DNA from: Candidatus Kuenenia stuttgartensis
Lineage (GTDB): Bacteria; Planctomycetota; Planctomycetia; Pirellulales; UBA1268
NCBI GenBank assembly: GCA_945891385.1
Contig: CAMDDJ010000007.1
Span: 4,775-68,774, forward strand
Length of the DNA stretch: 64,000 nucleotides
Direction of reading: 5' to 3'
Of the stretch, positions 61,082 through 64,000 are shown one piece after another. Each line of letters starts with the position of its first letter. Within the stretch, counting starts at the first letter, position 1. The position numbers and the translations under genes are program-made. The notes beneath the pieces are model-generated. The model was not told the origin of the DNA and made no database searches. It saw only the letters and a list, made by a program, of their open reading frames with translations.

Positions 61082-61756
61082 TCAGGACGCTCCCGATGCG
61101 GCCGGCAGGGTCCGGGCCCGCGCTGTGCATTCAAACAGAAACTCGAAGATTTCGATGTGCCGACGAGCTTCGGCCAGGCTCCGGCCCCAGGTGTAGAGGC
61201 CATGGCCCGAGATCAGGAAGCCGTGAACGGGAGGACGGCCCGGGGCTGAAAAGTCGAACGCGGCGAACCGGCCGCGGATCTCCTCGGAGAGTCGCGGCAT
61301 GTCCTGGGTGTTGGCGAAGATCGGTACTTCCTCCGTTGTGTCGTGCGTGGCGATGCCCTCGAGGCCCTTGAGCATCTCGTAGCCTTCGATTCGCAGGCTC
61401 CCCGCAGCGAGGTCGGTGCGGGAGAGGAGCGTGCCCCAGATGGAGTGGGTATGGAGCACGGCCCCCGTGGCGGGGACGAGTTGGGCGATCGTGCAGTGGA
61501 GAAGCGTTTCCGCCGAACTTCTCCTGTTCGAACCGTCGCAGACATTGCCGTTGGCATCGACGCGGACGAAGTCGTCGCGGCCGAGGGCCGACTTGTCCTT
61601 CCCGCTGGCCGTCACGAGGAGTTCCAGCGGATCGCGGGAGATGATCACGCTGTAGTTGCTGCTCGTGCCCAGCGACCAGCCCCGCTGGTGGAATTCGCGG
61701 CCGATCTCCCGCAGCTGGTCGATCGGGTCGGCGGCAGGCGGGGTGGTTGGCGGCAT
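61082..61756 (-). CDS. mtnB: methylthioribulose-1-phosphate dehydratase (class II aldolase fold)
   Basis: Start at ATG 61756. Motifs GTSSNYSV, LVTASGKDK and AVLHTHS. Confidence 0.85.
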   Translation of the reverse strand: MPPTTPPAADPIDQLREIGREFHQRGWSLGTSSNYSVIISRDPLELLVTASGKDKSALGRDDFVRVDANGNVCDGSNRRSSAETLLHCTIAQLVPATGAVLHTHSIWGTLLSRTDLAAGSLRIEGYEMLKGLEGIATHDTTEEVPIFANTQDMPRLSEEIRGRFAAFDFSAPGRPPVHGFLISGHGLYTWGRSLAEARRHIEIFEFLFECTARARTLPAASGAS

Positions 61757-61802
61757 GGATGAGAATCTACGCAAGCGGGTCGTGAGGGTGCAACGAGGCG
61801 GC

Positions 61803-63278
61803 TCAGAGGTACGGGCTGAACAGCCGGGCGATGCCGTCCCGCAGCCGCACGGGCAGGCTGCGGGCGTCCACCTCTGCGAGCGTCCGGCGGCTACTGCGGG
61901 CGATGACGTCGGCGATCCGCCGGTCGAGGAGGCCGGCCACGTCGCGATCGTAGGTTTCCACGTTGAACTCGAAATTGAGCCGCATCGACCGGTCATCCCA
62001 GTTGCCGCTGCCAAACATCGCCCAACTGCCGTCCACAACCATCAGTTTCGTGTGGTCAAACGGCGGCGGGGAGAGCCAGACGTTGCAGCCCCGGCCGAGC
62101 ACCTGCCAGAGCATCGCCGTGGAAGCCCAGCCGACTAAGGCAAGATTGTTCTGCTGGGGCAACACAAGATCGACCTGAACGCCGCGCATCGCCGCCACGT
62201 CGAGCGCCTGGCAGACCGCGTCGTCAGGCAAAAAGTAGGGAGTCATGATCCGGACTGATCGCTGGGCGGAGGCCAGGGCCGCGGCCAGAACCAGTTTGAT
62301 CCGCCCGATGTCGGGGTCATCCGGGCCGAAGCGAATGCCGCGAGCGAGCGCCTGACCGGCTTGCGCCAAGACCGGCTGCCAGGCGGGGCCGGCAAGCGTC
62401 TCCTCGGCCGCGAATGTCCAGTCCTCGGTGAACACCTCGAGGAGATGGGCGACGATTGGCCCTTGGAGTCGGAAGTGAAGGTCGCGAACCGGATGCCTGG
62501 GCGCGTGAACGAGCCAGCAACCGTCCCGGATGTTGAGGCCGCCGGTGAATCCGATCCGACCATCGACGACCATGATCTTCCGATGGTTCCGCAGGTTGGC
62601 GTACGGAAAATAAATCGGCACGCTGGTGGGAAGGAAGCGTTCCGTCCGCACGCCTCGGGCCGCCAGGAGGCCTGTGATCGGCGGAAACGAATAGCTGCTG
62701 CCGATTCCGTCGATCAGCACCCGCACCTGGACGCCGCGGGCCACCGCCCGGCCGAGGGCATCGGCAAACGCCTTTCCCGTGGGGTCGTTGTCGAAGATAT
62801 AGGAAGCCAGGGCGATGCTCCGCTCCGCTCCCTCGATGGCCGCGAGCATCGCCGGGTAGGCCTCGTCACCTCCGTCAAGCGGGGTGATCGCGTTGCCGTC
62901 GAGCAACGGGCGTGAGGTGACGCGGCCCACGAGCGTCGCCAGGGCCCGAAGCGGGGCCTGGTCGGGACCGATTGCCGACCGCATTCGTTCAGCATCGGGG
63001 ACGGCGGCCCTGGTTTCGAGCGTTGTGCGGACGATCCCGGCGCGGAGTTGGGTGGCCCGGGAGCGGATCCGATTGACACCCAGGAAGAAATAGACCGCGG
63101 CTCCGAAGACCGGCGAGAGCCAGATCAGACCGACCCAGCCGATCGTCGAGCGTGTGTCGCGTTTGACGAGGATCGCGTGGGCGGAGGCGAACACCGACAA
63201 CCCCACGATGCCCCAGGCCAGAAGGTGGGGCCAGAGCGTCAGCCACAGCGACCACACATCCCGGAGTGACTCTTCCAT
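61803..63278 (-). CDS. cls: cardiolipin synthase (PLD superfamily)
   Basis: Two N-terminal TM helices and two HKD motifs (HRKIMVVDGRIGFTGGLNI, HTKLMVVDGSWAMFGSGNWD). Confidence 0.9.
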   Translation of the reverse strand: MEESLRDVWSLWLTLWPHLLAWGIVGLSVFASAHAILVKRDTRSTIGWVGLIWLSPVFGAAVYFFLGVNRIRSRATQLRAGIVRTTLETRAAVPDAERMRSAIGPDQAPLRALATLVGRVTSRPLLDGNAITPLDGGDEAYPAMLAAIEGAERSIALASYIFDNDPTGKAFADALGRAVARGVQVRVLIDGIGSSYSFPPITGLLAARGVRTERFLPTSVPIYFPYANLRNHRKIMVVDGRIGFTGGLNIRDGCWLVHAPRHPVRDLHFRLQGPIVAHLLEVFTEDWTFAAEETLAGPAWQPVLAQAGQALARGIRFGPDDPDIGRIKLVLAAALASAQRSVRIMTPYFLPDDAVCQALDVAAMRGVQVDLVLPQQNNLALVGWASTAMLWQVLGRGCNVWLSPPPFDHTKLMVVDGSWAMFGSGNWDDRSMRLNFEFNVETYDRDVAGLLDRRIADVIARSSRRTLAEVDARSLPVRLRDGIARLFSPYL

Positions 63279-63509
63279 GGAGAGGAGAGGCTAGCAGACG
63301 GGCAGAAAAGCTCTGCCAGCACGGCCGGCGGATTCCCTCAAATAGTGAAAACACGGGCTGGCGGCTCGGGTGGACAGGATCGCGAGGCGCCCCCTTTGGC
63401 GACAGACCCCCCGCTGGGGGTGGCGCAAATCGCCCCACTACGTGCCCCGGGCCCGGCTCCCGGTTTTGCTGGGGCATGAAATAAACAGTTCTTTTCGCGG
63501 GAGAAATCA

Positions 63510-63525
63510 TTTTTTCAAGAAAAAA
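63510..63525. promoter_or_regulatory. A/T palindrome TTTTTTC-AA-GAAAAAA just upstream of the sigma-54 promoter (bend/IHF-like site?)
   Basis: Read directly from the sequence. It ends 18 nt before the -24 element, in the only AT-rich stretch of this region. Confidence 0.3.
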
Positions 63526-63543
63526 CTCAAGTTCGAAAGGTTC

Positions 63544-63559
63544 TGGCACGGGGATTGCA
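63544..63559 (+). promoter_or_regulatory. sigma-54 (-24/-12) promoter TGGCACGGGGATTGCA
   Basis: An exact match to TGGCAC-N5-TTGCA with canonical GG/GC spacing, about 110 nt upstream of ATG 63669. Confidence 0.6.
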
Positions 63560-63594
63560 TCTTCTTTCTGGCGTCGAGGCAGTCAGGAACGGCT

Positions 63595-63630
63595 GGTTCG
63601 GCAGAGGTTCCAAACTTCCTCTGACCAACC
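63595..63630 (+). other. 5'-UTR hairpin (11 of 13 bp, 10-nt loop) between the sigma-54 promoter and the PEP-CTERM gene
   Basis: GGTTCGGCAGAGG pairs with CCTCTGACCAACC. Read directly from the sequence. Confidence 0.35.
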
Positions 63631-63668
63631 GTTCGCGTCGACAGGCATTCGTAACAAGGAGATCAACC

Positions 63669-64000
63669 ATGAAGAATCTGCTTTCCACGACAGGCTGGAC
63701 CAGTCTCGTCGCCTTCGCCCTTTCCACCGCTGCTGTTGCCTCGGAGCAGAATTTCACGCTCCTCGAGACCGCCAATTGGGAATCGTTCGTCGACGGTCAC
63801 CAGGCCGCCACGCTTGCGTGGTCCGGTGAGGACGAAATGCTCGTCGCTACCGAAGGCATGCTCGGCGACGCCCGCCAGATCGCCCAGTCCGACGAAGGGA
63901 TCAACGTTGAGATCGTGACCGCCCTGCCCGCTCCGGAGCCGCCGGCCCTCGTGCTCGCCGGGATGGCGTTTGGTGGTGTTCTCTGCGGGCGGTCGCTGTT
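63669..64000 (+). CDS. small PEP-CTERM protein, 3' end cut by the window edge
   Basis: AAGGAGA lies 7 nt upstream of the ATG. The signal peptide is MKNLLSTTGWTSLVAFALSTAAVA and the PEP-CTERM signal is LPAPEPPALVLAGMAFGGVLCGR. There is no stop before nt 64000, so the ORF is absent from the ORF track. Confidence 0.65.
   Translation, partial: MKNLLSTTGWTSLVAFALSTAAVASEQNFTLLETANWESFVDGHQAATLAWSGEDEMLVATEGMLGDARQIAQSDEGINVEIVTALPAPEPPALVLAGMAFGGVLCGRSL

Overview
This window reads as a high-GC chromosomal segment from a Planctomycetota-like genome. The taxonomic hints are two DUF1559/H-X9-DG prepilin-like proteins, four PEP-CTERM cargo proteins, a CSPSR sulfatase, and a 1293-aa dockerin-tailed surface protein with an [12 protein letters not shown]-terminal motif. 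GTG starts and 1-4 nt start/stop overlaps are also frequent.

I call 59 CDS (two cut by the window edges), one tRNA-Ser(GGA)-like gene and a few non-coding elements. I saw no rRNA, CRISPR array, transposase or integrase.

Housekeeping content:
- gatCAB and rpmB
- a dksA-like gene with lspA and an IMPase-family gene
- thrC and dapB, bioA, cysK
- mtnB-mtnD-mtnC, malQ, cls, add, rfbD and an ABC-F ATPase

Most interesting items:
1. A translationally coupled methyltransferase / FAD-monooxygenase / type III PKS operon at 35.0-38.1 kb. An orphan gene trio lies upstream, and a second copy of the methyltransferase lies at 57 kb.
2. A Tat-signal EutB-EutC fusion at 30.5-32.7 kb. It is divergent from an uncharacterised four-gene operon: TauE-like permease, flavin amine oxidase, orphan TM protein and DUF1624 acyltransferase.
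3. A textbook sigma-54 promoter upstream of a small PEP-CTERM gene at 63.5 kb. A weaker sigma-54-like site with clustered GTGAA/TTCAC palindromes lies upstream of another PEP-CTERM gene at 6.8-7.0 kb.
4. A perfect 30-bp inverted repeat enclosing an 81-nt core at 17.85-17.99 kb.
5. An in-frame 3 x 24-bp tandem repeat inside gatA.

All functional calls rest on motifs recognised by eye. No database search was run, and start codons are the least certain coordinates.
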